Shown: positions 1 to 11,600 of the stretch, in pieces
How the letters are laid out: each line of letters starts with the position of its first letter
Numbering within the stretch: position 1 is the stretch's first letter
DNA from: a virus
Virus record (IMG/VR): IMGVR_UViG_3300021400_000020
Span: 32,001 to 96,000 of that record
Length of the DNA stretch: 64,000 nt
Direction: 5' to 3' (one strand)
The notes under the pieces: model-generated
What the model was told of the DNA's origin: nothing
What the model saw: only the letters and a program-made list of their open reading frames with translations
Database searches by the model: none
Program-made: the position numbers and the translations under genes

Positions 1-1478
1 AACGATTGATGAAATTCGCTAAGGGTGGCAATTCCTCACTCATCTATCGTCCATTCCTCACCGACAAGCAACAAAAGGCAAGGATGCTCATCGCTACCGA
101 TGCAGCACGCAAGATGGCACTCGACATGCGCTTGATTGAGCCAACCATCTTCGAGGATGATCCGAACAACAAGGCATCACACTGCGCTCAGATGATAGCA
201 CACTATTACCACAAGTACGAGGAACAGAAAGGAACTCAGTTCGTGTTTTCCGACCTCTCCACTTGGCACTCCAACGACGAGTGGAATATCTACAACGAAA
301 TCCGTCACAAACTCGAAGTGGAGTATGGCATCCCACGCTCCGAAATCAAGTTCATCCAGGAATGCAAGGGTGAAGCGGCAAGAACGAAAGTCATTCAGCA
401 GATGAACGAGGGAAAGGTTCGCGTACTCTTCGGCTCCACGTCCATGCTCGGCACGGGTGTCAACGCTCAGCAACGGGCAGTGGCAGTACACCACCTCGAC
501 ACACCTTGGCGACCATCAGACCTCGAACAGCGAAACGGACGTGCTGTCCGCAAGGGAAACCTCGTGGCAAAACAGTTCGCTAACAATCAGGTGGACGTCA
601 TCATCTACGCCGTGGAACGCTCACTCGACTCCTACAAATTTAACCTCCTCCACCTCAAGCAGACCTTCATCCACCAGCTGAAGAGTGGCACACTCGCCAC
701 ACGAACCATCGACGAGGGCGCAATGGACGAGAAATCGGGAATGAACTTCTCGGAATACATGGCAATCCTCTCTGGCAACACCGACCTGTTGGACCGCGCA
801 AAGCTCGAACGCAAGGTGGCTGCACTCATGGCGGAGCGCAAGACCTACCAGCGCACCATGCACGAGGCTGCCGTGGAGCAAATCACCAAGCAGGAGAAAC
901 TCAACACCAACGAAGAGCGCATAGCATCCATGCAGCGAGACCTCGACATCGTGAATGCCATCCCTCCATGCAAGGAAGGTGAAACCATCCTCCGCATCGA
1001 CGGATGTAAGGAGACCGACGAGAAGTCAATGGGTGAGCGCATCATCAAGTACGTTGAGAAAGCCAACACCAACGGAGCCTACATCCCAATCGGTTCCTAC
1101 GGGCAGTTCCCTGTCGTAGTCAAGTCGGAAACCGTCACCAACTCAACAGGAGACACACACACCGTCACTCGTATGTTTGTTCGTGGCGAAACAACTTACT
1201 ACTGCACCAACAACGGAAACGTGCCTATATCTCCTATCTATGCAGCACGTCAGCCACAGCAGTCACTCACCAAGATTCCGGCACTCATTGCCAAACTGAC
1301 TGAGGAAAACGTTCAGCTGGCTCGATCCATCGAAGAACTCACTCCAATCATCAACAAGCCTTGGCATAAGGAAGACGAACTGAAGAAGCTGCGCAATGAA
1401 CTTGCACAACTCGACAAGAAAATCGCAAGCTCCCTCAATGCACAAGAGCGTGAGATGTCCACGGAGGAAGAGGACTAA
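1..1478 (+). CDS. SF2/SNF2-type helicase C-terminal domain protein; 3' part of a larger gene cut by the window edge (possible DarB-like methylase-helicase)
   Basis: ORF open to the window start (track 6..1478). Motifs VLFGSTSMLGTGVNAQ (helicase motif V-like) and QRNGRAVRKGN (motif VI QRxGRxxR). Coiled-coil C-terminus. Confidence 0.7.
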   Translation, partial: RLMKFAKGGNSSLIYRPFLTDKQQKARMLIATDAARKMALDMRLIEPTIFEDDPNNKASHCAQMIAHYYHKYEEQKGTQFVFSDLSTWHSNDEWNIYNEIRHKLEVEYGIPRSEIKFIQECKGEAARTKVIQQMNEGKVRVLFGSTSMLGTGVNAQQRAVAVHHLDTPWRPSDLEQRNGRAVRKGNLVAKQFANNQVDVIIYAVERSLDSYKFNLLHLKQTFIHQLKSGTLATRTIDEGAMDEKSGMNFSEYMAILSGNTDLLDRAKLERKVAALMAERKTYQRTMHEAAVEQITKQEKLNTNEERIASMQRDLDIVNAIPPCKEGETILRIDGCKETDEKSMGERIIKYVEKANTNGAYIPIGSYGQFPVVVKSETVTNSTGDTHTVTRMFVRGETTYYCTNNGNVPISPIYAARQPQQSLTKIPALIAKLTEENVQLARSIEELTPIINKPWHKEDELKKLRNELAQLDKKIASSLNAQEREMSTEEED

Positions 1479-1489
1479 ACTCAACCATC

Positions 1490-1522
1490 GGTTTGCGGAA
1501 TGACTCACACATTCCGCAAACC
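1490..1522 (+). terminator. Perfect 13-bp stem-loop just after the helicase stop (no T-run)
   Basis: GGTTTGCGGAATG actcaca CATTCCGCAAACC, 12 nt downstream of the stop at 1478. Confidence 0.45.
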
Positions 1523-1583
1523 TCCATCCAAAGATAACTAACTTAACAAGGGAGTAGCACCTGCCCTGAGTGGTGCGCTGAAT

Positions 1584-2036
1584 ATGAGTTGTTTTATTAT
1601 TGACAAGATTGAGTATGTGAAGGCAGCTGGACTTCTCTACGGCGTCACAGAACAAGACGAAGACATGCTTCACTCGCGTTTCCTGGCAAACATCCGAGAG
1701 AACTTCATGGATGCCTACAAGAAGAACGTGCAAAGCGTTAACGAACGCTACAACGAAAACACCAAACCCGAAGAAGAGGAATACGATGAGATGTTTGAAG
1801 TCTATCGGGTGTTGGGACATGAGATTGGTACCAACACGAACGCCACCATGAACATGGAACAGTTCCGATGGAGCCTGTATCACTTCTTTGGCTCGGTCCT
1901 CTACCAAATCGAGAACCAACAACTGCACATGGAAGTGTCCGCATACTTCTACCAGGTAATGACAAACCTCTTCTATAAAAAGATTCACCAATCTGGAACT
2001 TGGTGGGGTGAAGTCTCCGTTGATGCTAATGCCTAA
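1584..2036 (+). CDS. hypothetical protein (150 aa)
   Basis: ATG-initiated ORF in a co-oriented gene string. No recognisable motif. Confidence 0.7.
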   Translation: MSCFIIDKIEYVKAAGLLYGVTEQDEDMLHSRFLANIRENFMDAYKKNVQSVNERYNENTKPEEEEYDEMFEVYRVLGHEIGTNTNATMNMEQFRWSLYHFFGSVLYQIENQQLHMEVSAYFYQVMTNLFYKKIHQSGTWWGEVSVDANA

Positions 2037-2049
2037 TATATAATAAGGT

Positions 2050-2433
2050 GTGATAAGTGAAAAGCAAAAATTCAAAATCGCAATGGGAACAAAAAGAAAA
2101 CCAAACTATAGTGCAAAGATTGCCAACATGAACCGCGCTATGATTAACGAAATGTGGAACATCATAGGACAGCGGGCTAAGACCGATGACCGTTATAAAG
2201 CATCGAATCAATTTTGCGAGCGCACTTTCGAGAGCGAACATGAAGTTTGCGAGGTGTCGTTTGGCGGGCATGACTATGGTGTGACAGGCATTCGCATTGA
2301 AGAACATTGGAAATGGGGTAGAAGTGTTAGTATCACAGCGCATGATGGTTATGATTACTCAGGTCTTGATACTGAAAGTTTGTGCGTTTTGCTCTCTGCT
2401 TTGCGCCGCCAGCGTTGCAGAAAGGTAGCTTGA
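2050..2433 (+). CDS. hypothetical protein; start uncertain (GTG 2050 or ATG 2083)
   Basis: ORF follows a TAATATATAATAAGGT motif that recurs upstream of the next small ORF. Confidence 0.6.
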   Translation: MISEKQKFKIAMGTKRKPNYSAKIANMNRAMINEMWNIIGQRAKTDDRYKASNQFCERTFESEHEVCEVSFGGHDYGVTGIRIEEHWKWGRSVSITAHDGYDYSGLDTESLCVLLSALRRQRCRKVA

Positions 2434-2503
2434 CAATTCCGTTACTCCTTAACTCCGTAGATATAAAATCAAAATCAGTTGTAATATAATAAGGTATAAG
2501 ACT

Positions 2504-2683
2504 ATGGCAAAGAAAACAACGAAAGCAGAACTCAGACACGCCATCTTTAAATTCAAAGATGCGATCCGTGAAGAACTCGTCAACAACTATGCAAAGTACG
2601 GAGAGAACCCTCCGAACATCGAACTTTGGAAGAAGATGCACGACATCTGGAACGAAATGAACGAGTATTGCAAATCCATCTAA
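2504..2683 (+). CDS. small hypothetical protein (59 aa, below the ORF-track cutoff)
   Basis: Manual translation MAKKTTKAELRHAIFKFKDAIREEL...EYCKSI stop. Preceded by GTAATATAATAAGGTAT, like the previous gene. Followed by a 14-bp hairpin. Confidence 0.5.
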   Translation: MAKKTTKAELRHAIFKFKDAIREELVNNYAKYGENPPNIELWKKMHDIWNEMNEYCKSI

Positions 2684-2689
2684 TCTCAA

Positions 2690-2723
2690 AACCTGCTGCA
2701 CAACATATTTTGTGCGGCAGGTT
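2690..2723 (+). terminator. 14-bp stem-loop after the small ORF
   Basis: AACCTGCTGCACAA catatt TTGTGCGGCAGGTT (one G-U pair). Confidence 0.45.
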
Positions 2724-2803
2724 AATCCAAGAAACCCGTGTAACTTTGCATGGGATAGTCACTAACTAAAACAGCCCTCGACAACACGGTTAAGTCATGA
2801 ATC

Positions 2804-3490
2804 ATGAAAAAAGTATTCGATTCCATTAACCTTGACATTCCTGAAGTGGAATCCTTTATCGAAGAACAAGGTCTTTCGTTCGTATGTAATGACAAGATGC
2901 AGGTGGAAGCATCAGAAGAGGATTTTGAAACCCTCTTGGAACGTTTCCCTTTCATCGACTATGTGGAAGCAGAAGAAAAATCCTTGCAAGATATTGCAGA
3001 CGAGAATGACTTGTTAGTCGTTGAAACAACCAGCTCGCGCAATGGTTACCCATCGAATCTACGTAAGGCAATCACAGGATTCAGCGGCTTTGAAGAAGCA
3101 AAACGTATTGCAAGTGAGAACGGACTGACACTTGTCTGGCTTGATTTGCGTGAAGGTTGGAAACTCTGGCATCGTGGCGACACCGCCACTGAACCGATGA
3201 CCATCACCAGCAACGACTTCGGAGACGACTACAACTTTGAGGACAACAGCGAAGAAATCATGCAGTGTGCTTACGATGTGATAGCAGACTTAGCTAACCA
3301 AGGTGCATCGTTTGACGACATTCGTTCCTACATGGCGAAGGTGGAAAAGATAACAGATGCTATCAAGAAGGCAGACTACCGCCAAGTGGTTGTAACCTAT
3401 AAAGGTGAATACTACGACACCATCGAGGAGCACCCTATCTATTTCCACTTCGATTCCAAGTACACACAACTTGCCGCAATAGAATCATAG
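2804..3490 (+). CDS. hypothetical acidic protein (228 aa)
   Basis: Clean ATG ORF, strongly acidic composition, no recognised motif. Confidence 0.75.
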   Translation: MKKVFDSINLDIPEVESFIEEQGLSFVCNDKMQVEASEEDFETLLERFPFIDYVEAEEKSLQDIADENDLLVVETTSSRNGYPSNLRKAITGFSGFEEAKRIASENGLTLVWLDLREGWKLWHRGDTATEPMTITSNDFGDDYNFEDNSEEIMQCAYDVIADLANQGASFDDIRSYMAKVEKITDAIKKADYRQVVVTYKGEYYDTIEEHPIYFHFDSKYTQLAAIES

Positions 3491-3499
3491 CGAATCATA

Positions 3500-3527
3500 T
3501 TAACCCCATAAACCCCATTACCCCATG
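3500..3527 (+). repeat. AACCCCAT leader repeats running into the ATG at 3525
   Basis: TTAACCCCATAAACCCCATTACCCCATG. Confidence 0.8.
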
Positions 3528-3944
3528 AAAAAAATAATCACCCTGATAGCACTCTTGTGCATCACCATCACACTCTCCGCACAGAACAACAACCCTCGTC
3601 CAGACGACATCTATTCCCTTGCCAATGGTTATAACGAGAAAGTCCAAAAGGAAAAAATCAATCAGGAACGCATGGCGAAAGTAGAAGCCAACAAGAACGC
3701 CATCTTTGCAGCTGGCACAGCACTCAAGTCATCCGCCAACTGGCAATGGGTAGCTTTCGGCAGTGCAGCCGTCGGTGGAGCAACATTAGCCATCGGCTTC
3801 GACCAGAAAGAGGATGCACTGAAAATCGTCGGTTACACCTGCATGGGCTTCGCACTCGTCTCGCAAGTCGTTTCCATCACCAAGAAATACAAGGCAGGAA
3901 AACAACTCCAAATCGGTGCAGGAAAAATTACCTACACCTTCTAA
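3525..3944 (+). CDS. secreted or membrane protein with N-terminal signal peptide
   Basis: MKKIITLIALLCITITLSAQ signal-like N-terminus plus C-terminal hydrophobic segments. Start abutted by AACCCCAT repeats. Confidence 0.75.
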   Translation: MKKIITLIALLCITITLSAQNNNPRPDDIYSLANGYNEKVQKEKINQERMAKVEANKNAIFAAGTALKSSANWQWVAFGSAAVGGATLAIGFDQKEDALKIVGYTCMGFALVSQVVSITKKYKAGKQLQIGAGKITYTF

Positions 3945-4131
3945 ATGCCATCCGATATAATCGACTGAACCATCGCGCTCACCACGTTCCGACGAATGGT
4001 GAGCCACATCGGGTAGGGGATGCTCGACAGTCCTCTACCCACTCCTTCACCCATCTTGGGTGACGTGTTTCATGTTGTTGCACATTTTTAGTTGCGCACA
4101 TGATGTATTTAAAAGTTTGAAAATTTTTTGG

Positions 4132-4165
4132 AGTGGCTGCCCGTGAGGGTCGCCACTTTTTCTTT
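4132..4165 (+). terminator. Rho-independent terminator
   Basis: About 11-bp GC-rich stem (AGTGGCtGCCC / GGGTcGCCACT) with a GTGA tetraloop, followed by TTTTTCTTT. Confidence 0.75.
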
Positions 4166-4444
4166 CGAAAATTATGTTCTACAACATATTTCCCAAAATA
4201 ATTAGAAAATAATTTGGCAGTTCAAACCGAAAACCATACATTTGCACTGTCAAAACCAGAATTGCGGTACGAAATGGATGCCGCCCAACAGCGGCTATTT
4301 TTGTATCTGCCAACATTGTAATAAACCTATTATATCCTATAGGCAATAATGAGTCGGGTAGTGGTGACACCCCGAAAGTTTCCGCAGTTTTGGACTTTGA
4401 CAACTCTTATTGCCTATTTTTTATTTTGTCAAAACCAAAACTTT

Positions 4445-4891
4445 ATGAGTAAAAGAATCAAAGCCCTTACAAATCAGCAGCGTGACTATGCCAAGATGCT
4501 GAAGGAGTATTTCAGCTTCCATCTTCGAGGCATGGAAGTGAAGGAAGAAGGCGGCCAGGTACAGGCGCAAGTCATCTACAGCGATTACAAGCACATCGAC
4601 ACCGTTCGACACGAACTCGCACAGATGATGCCAGAAGTGGAATTCACAAAGCTTCGACGCGACTTTTCCGATTCGGCAAAGATGTGGGCGTTGCGAAGCA
4701 TCTTATGGGAAGACTGCCCTGTGCCTGTCATCTACGTGCAGCGTGGAGAAACGCTCGTCCAAACCACACTCCGAGACATCGCCATCAGCGAACTCCGACA
4801 ACTGGAACTCGAAGACGGCGACATCCAGTATCAGGATTACGAGACAAAGCATCTCGACAACGAACGACTCGAAGAAAACTCTTGGAATTAA
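4445..4891 (+). CDS. hypothetical protein (148 aa)
   Basis: ATG at 4445 (MSKRIKALTNQQRDY...) inside track ORF 4349..4891. Stop is immediately followed by an A-type hairpin. Confidence 0.7.
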   Translation: MSKRIKALTNQQRDYAKMLKEYFSFHLRGMEVKEEGGQVQAQVIYSDYKHIDTVRHELAQMMPEVEFTKLRRDFSDSAKMWALRSILWEDCPVPVIYVQRGETLVQTTLRDIAISELRQLELEDGDIQYQDYETKHLDNERLEENSWN

Positions 4892-4920
4892 CCACCGTGC
4901 CCGAAAGTTCTGCTTTCGGG
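4892..4920 (+). repeat. A-type hairpin (CCACCGTG CCCGAAAG ttctg CTTTCGGG)
   Basis: Starts 1 nt after the stop codon at 4891. Confidence 0.9.
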
Positions 4921-4922
4921 AT

Positions 4923-4959
4923 TCCCATTCATCAACCCCATCAACCCCATTTTCCCATG
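4923..4959 (+). repeat. AACCCCAT leader repeats running into the ATG at 4957
   Basis: TCCCATTCATCAACCCCATCAACCCCATTTTCCCATG. Confidence 0.8.
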
Positions 4960-5121
4960 ATTCTACTACTTATCATCGGCTCCCTCGTCTCAGCCATTAT
5001 CGACATCCTCTTGAAGAGACGTAACGGCTTCACGACCGAAGAGCAAGCCCTGCTCCAGTCGAACAGCATCAACGAGGACGAACTCCGAGAACTCCGCAAG
5101 AACCTCTCCAACTTCAGGTAA
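4957..5121 (+). CDS. small membrane protein (54 aa)
   Basis: MILLLIIGSLVSAIIDILL... starts right after AACCCCAT repeats. The longer track ORF 4684..5121 overlaps the previous gene. Confidence 0.55.
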   Translation: MILLLIIGSLVSAIIDILLKRRNGFTTEEQALLQSNSINEDELRELRKNLSNFR

Positions 5122-5125
5122 TCCA

Positions 5126-5191
5126 CCACCGTTCCCGAAAGTTCTGCTTTCGGGTATTGTCCTTCTCAGTACCCGAAAGTTCCGCTTTCGG
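5126..5191 (+). repeat. A + B hairpin pair
   Basis: CCACCGTTCCCGAAAGTTCTGCTTTCGGG, then CCTTCTCAGTACCCGAAAGTTCCGCTTTCGG. Confidence 0.9.
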
Positions 5192-5227
5192 TTCCCCATC
5201 AACCCCATTAACCCCATCAACCCCATG
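5192..5227 (+). repeat. Four CCCCAT units (C4 runs spaced 5 nt apart) running into the ATG at 5225
   Basis: TTCCCCATCAACCCCATTAACCCCATCAACCCCATG. Confidence 0.85.
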
Positions 5228-5521
5228 CTTACACTCAACGATATCCGCAAACTGCAAGGTCCAGACTCCGACATCGAATGGACTTGCACCTCCATCAGCG
5301 AGGAACTGTCAGAGACATGCAGGAACTTCTTCACCCTGCCCATCCTCCTCACACTCTTTTTCAAGTTCGAAGTAGAGTGGGAGGGACACCTGCTCGAAAT
5401 GCAGCAGAACGCATCCAACGTAAAGCTGCGACTCGACAACCGAACTGCCACCATCCCCGTCAACACCCGTGGCTACGTCACCTCCTCCGACTACGCTCAA
5501 GCATTTGCCTCCCTTGTCTAA
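5225..5521 (+). CDS. hypothetical protein (98 aa)
   Basis: ATG directly preceded by four CCCCAT units. Confidence 0.65.
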   Translation: MLTLNDIRKLQGPDSDIEWTCTSISEELSETCRNFFTLPILLTLFFKFEVEWEGHLLEMQQNASNVKLRLDNRTATIPVNTRGYVTSSDYAQAFASLV

Positions 5522-5553
5522 TTCCGTTGTTTCCCTGCAATCCTTTTTCTCTC

Positions 5554-5619
5554 GCCACCGTCCCCGAAAGTTTCGCTTTCGGTCTTTGATTTCTCAGTAC
5601 CCGAAAGTTTTGCTTTCGG
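5554..5619 (+). repeat. A + B hairpin pair in the convergent gap
   Basis: GCCACCGTCCCCGAAAGTTTCGCTTTCGG, then TTTCTCAGTACCCGAAAGTTTTGCTTTCGG. Confidence 0.9.
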
Positions 5620-5622
5620 CAC

Positions 5623-5668
5623 AAAAGCGAGGAAGTGACAACAACCGTTGCCACTTCCCTGCTTTTTC
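5623..5668. terminator. Bidirectional intrinsic terminator between convergent genes
   Basis: GGAAGTG/CACTTCC stem plus inner CAAC/GTTG stem. Flanked by AAAA on the 5' side and TTTTT on the 3' side. Confidence 0.65.
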
Positions 5669-5679
5669 GTGTTTGTCAA

Positions 5680-8600
5680 CTATCCTCTACCTCTGCGTTG
5701 CATGAACCTTTCAGCCTTCTTCATCCGCTGACGAACTCCATTGTCGCCATACATGTCCACGTGGGCATCAATGCCAGCTTCCAACTGTGCATGAAGGGCT
5801 TTGAGCATCGCGGTATTCGCGGCAATCAAAGACTGCATACCTTCCATGCTGTCACCACCATCGTCCACCGCTGCACCCGCATCGGTCGTTGTGCCAATCT
5901 CGTCAAGATTGCCATCCGCATAAGTGGCAACACCTCGTTGCTTCCTCCGCTTCGGATAGTTAGGAATGACACCCGTCTTACTGAGCACTTGAATGTTGTC
6001 CCAGATTTCAGGGTAGTTCAGAACCAGCTTCTGCGTCGTTGGTCCATCAATCACGGCTTCAGGCATCTTCTCTGAGAAGATACCATAATGCGCACCACCT
6101 CGGTAAATCTTCGTCTGTAGCTTGTCCTCGCGCTTAGCCATGTAAGTCTCACCATCTGCACCCAACACAGGATAACGACCTTCAGCATAGGTGAGGAAAC
6201 CTGCTTTCAACTGTCCCGAACTGGCTCCCGTGGCAGCGGCTACCTCGCTCTTGCTCTTATTGATAGCACCTAAAGCGAGTCCTAACAGCGAACTCAAAGC
6301 AAGACTGATGGCAGCACCGATGGCGAGACCCAGCCAGCCTTTCTTGGCAACTTCTTGCGATGTTCCTTTTATGCCACCAACGGCTGCTTCTGCCGTGCTC
6401 GTACTGCCTTCCACTTCCAGCTCGGCAATCTTCTTAGCACCGTAGTCCGCTAAGCTCTTTTGACGAAGGGCTTGTATCTGCGTTTGCTTCTGCGCTTCAA
6501 GTTGCACCTCCATCTGGTCCACCGTGCGCTTGGTGCTGACTTGTATCAGATACTGCTGAACCAAGTTCTTGGTCGTCGTCAACACGTCGGTCAACAACTG
6601 CTTGGCGGCATTCTGGCGGTCTTCCTTGCTACCAAATACACCCTCGCCGAAACTCTGGGCAAAACTGCTCATCTCATTGCTGTATTCCTGCAAGGTGTCG
6701 AAGTCTCGTGCTGCACGCTCCACCATCTTCTGCATATACTTCTCTTGCAAATCGGTCATGGCAGTGTAGCTGTCACTCAGAGCGATATTCTGCTCCTCCT
6801 GCAACTCCCTCACCGACATCTGCAAGCTGGCGCGACGTGCCTCTAACGACTGAATCTCGTTCTCGGCTGCCTTGCGCTCTTCGTCGGACATAGAACTGCT
6901 GCGACGGGCATAGTCCAACTCCTTGGCGGCAAGACGGGCAGTCGTCTCGGCTTCCTGAGCCTTCATGTTCTCGATGTGCTTGTCTGTCTCCTGCTGCAAG
7001 AGGGCGATATAGGCTTTCTTGGCTTCCATCTGAGCATAAATCACGTCTATCTCAGCATTGGCGGAAACCAACTCACCACCAAAGCCCCAACTGCTGGCAT
7101 AGTTCGCGGCAGTCTGCCCCGACTGGCTTCTGCGCTCTCGGTCTTCGGCTAACTCGCTCTGAGTCCTGCCACCAAGTCCCTCTTCCCTGCGACCTGTCCA
7201 AATCTTGTCAGCCACACGGGTGTACTCCTTGGCTGCCTTGCGCTCGGCATCGATGATGTCGTCGGAATACTGCTGGAGCTTCTGAAGAAAGGCGGTCAAC
7301 TCGGCATCGGCATTGTCTCCTAAGCCCTCAAACCACACGTGGTAGATATTATCCTCCTTGCGCATGGCTTCTTTCAGCTGCTCGATGGTCAGGGAATAGG
7401 CATCCCTCGCCCATGTCTGCAACTGCGCCAGACGCTTCTCGGCTAATGCCTTCGTGCGCTCCTCGGCTTCTTCGTTGATACCGAAGATAAAACCGATGGT
7501 GTCCATCGACCGACGAAACTCTTCACGCACCTTGCCGGTGAAGTCACCCTCAAGAAGTATCTTCTCGATGGCATCCTTGTGCTTGTGAATAATCTCCTGT
7601 ATCTTGGTAGCATCCTCCTGCATCTTACGGGTGGCTCCGTCATACTCACTGCGCACATCATACATGAACTTCTGAATCAGGCTCCAATTCGCCTTTCTCA
7701 ACTTCAGTTCATTGTTCCAGTGCTCCACAAACTGCTTGCTCTCCGTGGCGTTGAGCTGCTTCGTCCACTGCTTTCTCAACTTCATCCTGTCAGCCAACCA
7801 GACAAGTTCATTCTCGTTGTTCCTGCGCTCGGCTTCCTCCTCGGTAATGGATTCCTCGGCTAACCGCTGCTTGATAAGGGCTTCACGCTCCTGGTAGTAG
7901 GCATCCAACTGCGCGAGAGTGGCATCACGCTCGTCTTTTGCCTCACGCTTCCATTTGTCCTTGTCACGATCGCTATTCTTGTCACTCTTATAGTTGCCTT
8001 GAATTGTGTCGTGGCGACGGTCAAGCTCTGCCTTCACCTTGTCATACTCTTCCTTCACACTTCTCTGAGCATCCTCCATGCTCATACTGTCATCAAGCAC
8101 TCCCTTCTTCACGAGGTCGGCATAAATCTTGCTGAATTGCTGCCCCACTTTCAAGCCGTTCTCAACCACGCTGTCCAGATAATCAGCATAGTTCTTCAAG
8201 GTCTCGGTATCCATTTTGTCAAGGGTGGTACCATTCTTTCCCCATACATTCGGATGGGCAATGTCCTCCCACTGATTACGTACCTGTCCTTGCAGATAGC
8301 GGTTGTTGTTCTCCACACGCTGAAGCACCTGACCGCTCATCCGTGGACCTGCCTGATGAGCAAGGTTCTGATAGTCGGCTGAGAGTTCAACGAGACGCTG
8401 GGCTAACTGCTGACGTTCTTTCTTGTCGGTACTGCCATTGAACTGCTTCTGCAAGTTCTGAATCTCCTTGAGGGTGCTATTCAGCATCTTCAAGGTGTCT
8501 TGGTAGCTACGGGTGACAGCTTCGTCCATCTGAGCACCTGTACTCTCTGCAAGACGCACACGCTCACCACGCTCCTTCACAAGGTCGTTCCACAACTTCT

Positions 8601-11600
8601 TGATGTCGTCGAAATTATCATAGATGGCATCCTTGGCAGTCTTGTTCAGCTTCAAGCCACTCTGCGTAATGAGATATTCCATCATGTTACCTTGACGCAT
8701 GTTCTGAACGCCCCAGTTGTCCTGGCTGTTTTTCAACTCCGACTTAGGAAGGGCATCCACCAGTCGCTGCATCGTCCTACGAAGCGCACTCTCAATGACA
8801 CTCGTATTGCGGTCGCCTACTTCCTCGGTCAACTTGTCGCGCACGCCCGTCCAACGGTTTTCACGAGTCGTTCCATACTTCTCTTCCAACAGCTTTTCAG
8901 CGGCTTCCTGCTTCTTCAGCACGATAGTTTCACGAATCTTGCTGTTCAGGAGGTCACGGGCTTGCGTCTGGTTCTTTAATAGGTTCGTCTCGCTAAGTTG
9001 AAAACCGAGGTAGCTCTGCATCACGCCATTTAAGTCGTTAATCGTCTTCTTCAACTCTCGATGGCTATCTACATTCTGCTCATTGTTCTTGGTGAGCTGG
9101 GAAATACGATCCGAGAGTTGACGACTCTTTGCAATCATCTCGTCCTCCTCCTTGGCGGCGGCAGCGATGGCTTCGTTAAACTCCTTTGTGGCTTCTACTC
9201 CCTTGCGGATGTACTGAATCAACTTAATGATACCATCAAGCACAGCGAATACAATAAAGGTCTTGAGTGCCGACTTCAATCCTTCTATCGCCACCTTGAA
9301 TGTCTGTGCAGCTCCTTGGGCTGCAACCAGCCGCTGCCAGAACTGCTTGAGGGCTCTGCTACCATGTTCCAAGGCTTGACGAAACTTCGTGCCGATATTC
9401 AACTGAAGGGAAATCAACGTAAGAATAAGCGCCTTGATGGTGGATTGCCACGAGACGATACTCTGAGAACCTTTCTGCATCCACGAAAGGAAATTGCCCA
9501 AGCCCTTGATGATACCATTGAAGAAGTCATAGATAACACTGTTGGTAAACAGCTCATTGAAGGCATTTCTCAGTCGGGCAAGACTACCTGCGGCATTATC
9601 CTGCACCTTCGTGAACTCACGCGACATCACACTCACATTGCCCATACCGACGGTGGCACTCTCATAACCCTCACTGGCATACTGCAAGGCATCACCCAAG
9701 GCAGCGGTATTTGTCGCCAGAGAACTGAGCGTCATCGCCAGTCCTGCACTCTGTTTCATGCGTCCTGTACCCACGGCATTCATCACCTCCTGCACCTTAC
9801 CTGCCCTGTCTTCGGCATCCTCAATCTTTTCCAACACGGCAACCAAGGCTTCATAGCTCTTGCCCTCGTCAATCAGACTTTGCAGATAGGTAGGAGCCAG
9901 CTCTGCGGCTTTCGCCATCTCGAAGGTGTGGTTCATCACGCCACGAATCAAGTGTATCAAGGCGGTACTGCCCTGCTCTGCACTGATACCGACGGCATCC
10001 AAACGTCCTCCCAAGGCAATCAGTTGGGGCATGGTCATCTTGGCTGTAGCACCCACTGCGCCAAGTCTTCTCACGTACTCCATGATACCCTGATAGCTGG
10101 CGGCGGTATTGTTACCGAGGTTCAGAATGGAACTACCTGCGGCATCCAAGGCTTCGCCAACATCGTCACCATGTTTTTTCGTCTCACCCAGCACGTCATT
10201 CACCTTTGCCAGTCCTGCAATGGCTTCCGCTCCACCAATATCTTCACCAAGGGTGGCATTGATACGTTCACCCATCTCCACGAAACCCTTCATGCCTTCA
10301 AGCCCATGCTCGGTATAGATACCTAACTTACCTGCTTGCGTGGCAAACTCCATCAGGTCGTGGGTGGTGGTGCGGGTGTCGAGGTCCTGCAAGCTCTTCG
10401 ACAAGCGGCGCACCTCCTCAGTCGTCATGTTCGTTACCTTCTGCACATTCGTCATCTGGTCACTGAGTTCCATGATATGCCCGAACTGCTTGCGTACCTC
10501 GTTCATGATGGCATTGAAGCCCAGATAGACGGCGATATAGCTTTTGAGTCGGTTGATGGCGCCACGAATACCACTTTGATGATGTGTCCAAGTTTCTGTC
10601 AACTCCTTCATCTGCTTGTCAATGGCTTTCATCTGCGCCGCCTTCGCTATATACTCGTCCTGCGTCAGTTCTGTATTGTTGATTTCGAATTTCAGACGCT
10701 TATACGCCATCCTCAATTCGTCGATATTCTTCACACCCTTTGGGTTTTTAAGAATTTCATCAAACCGCTCGGCAGTCAAGGTGGCAGTCTCCTGCAACAT
10801 GTCGAGACGCTGTAACTCGCGCTCAACGGCAATGATTTTTTCTTGTCCGTCCTTGCTCGTCACGTCAAGCGTACTCTTATAGGCACGGAGTCCATTGCGT
10901 AAGCGGTCGAGGTCGGTCAACGTACCCTTGAAGCCATTGCCGCTGTTCACATTCTCCAAGTATTTCTTGGCTTCCAGCACACGGTCATTGGCTTGCTGCA
11001 AGTCGGCAGTCATCTTGCGGATAGTTTCATCAACCCTCGATAAACCTCCCTCATTGGTGGTCTCCAAGTTCTCCCTGTACTGCTGCAAGAGCTTGATATT
11101 CTCCTGAATCTTGGTGGTACTCTGCGACCCCGATGTGTAGTTCATCGCTTGCTGGGCTTTGTCTTCCAACGAGGTCTGCGCACGATGCTGGATGGTGTCG
11201 TTGATGGCTTCCAACTGGTTCTTCACCCGCTCAAGCACCCGCTCTTCCATGTTTCCGGCATCCACCATGCCCTGCAAGAAACGTTGCACATCCGACAACT
11301 GCTTGTCGGTGGCGTTGCCGATGTCGGCAAGGACATTTCCTCCACCTGTCTTCATCCAGTTACTGAACTTAACGCTGTTGATGCGCTTCTCATAAATCGC
11401 CCATTGCGATTGGGTCTTGGCAAGGGTCTGCTGCTCCTGCTTCAGCACCTCAATCACACGCAAATTCGTGGCAACACTGTTGTTGGAGGCGTTCTCGCTG
11501 GTTTGCCAGACAGATTGAAAACCTGCCTTCAGTTCGTTCAAGCGGTTCTTGATGAGCTGCATCACCTCCGACTTACGGGCAAACTCCTCGGCGGAAACGC

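Noticed and set aside
2520-2532. 13-nt exact match to the reverse complement of the family A core (CGAAAGCAGAACT) inside small ORF 2504..2683
   Set aside because: Only a half-site is present, with no complementary arm and no CCACCGT flank. It may be a relic or chance, and it does not count as an inverted-orientation copy.
9061-10326. 421 aa plus-strand ORF, together with many other plus-strand ORFs between 6191 and 12865
   Set aside because: These lie antisense to the 2425 aa tape measure ORF, which has a recognisable TMP core. Their translations are low-complexity Leu/His/Gln-rich shadows typical of antisense frames of coiled-coil genes.
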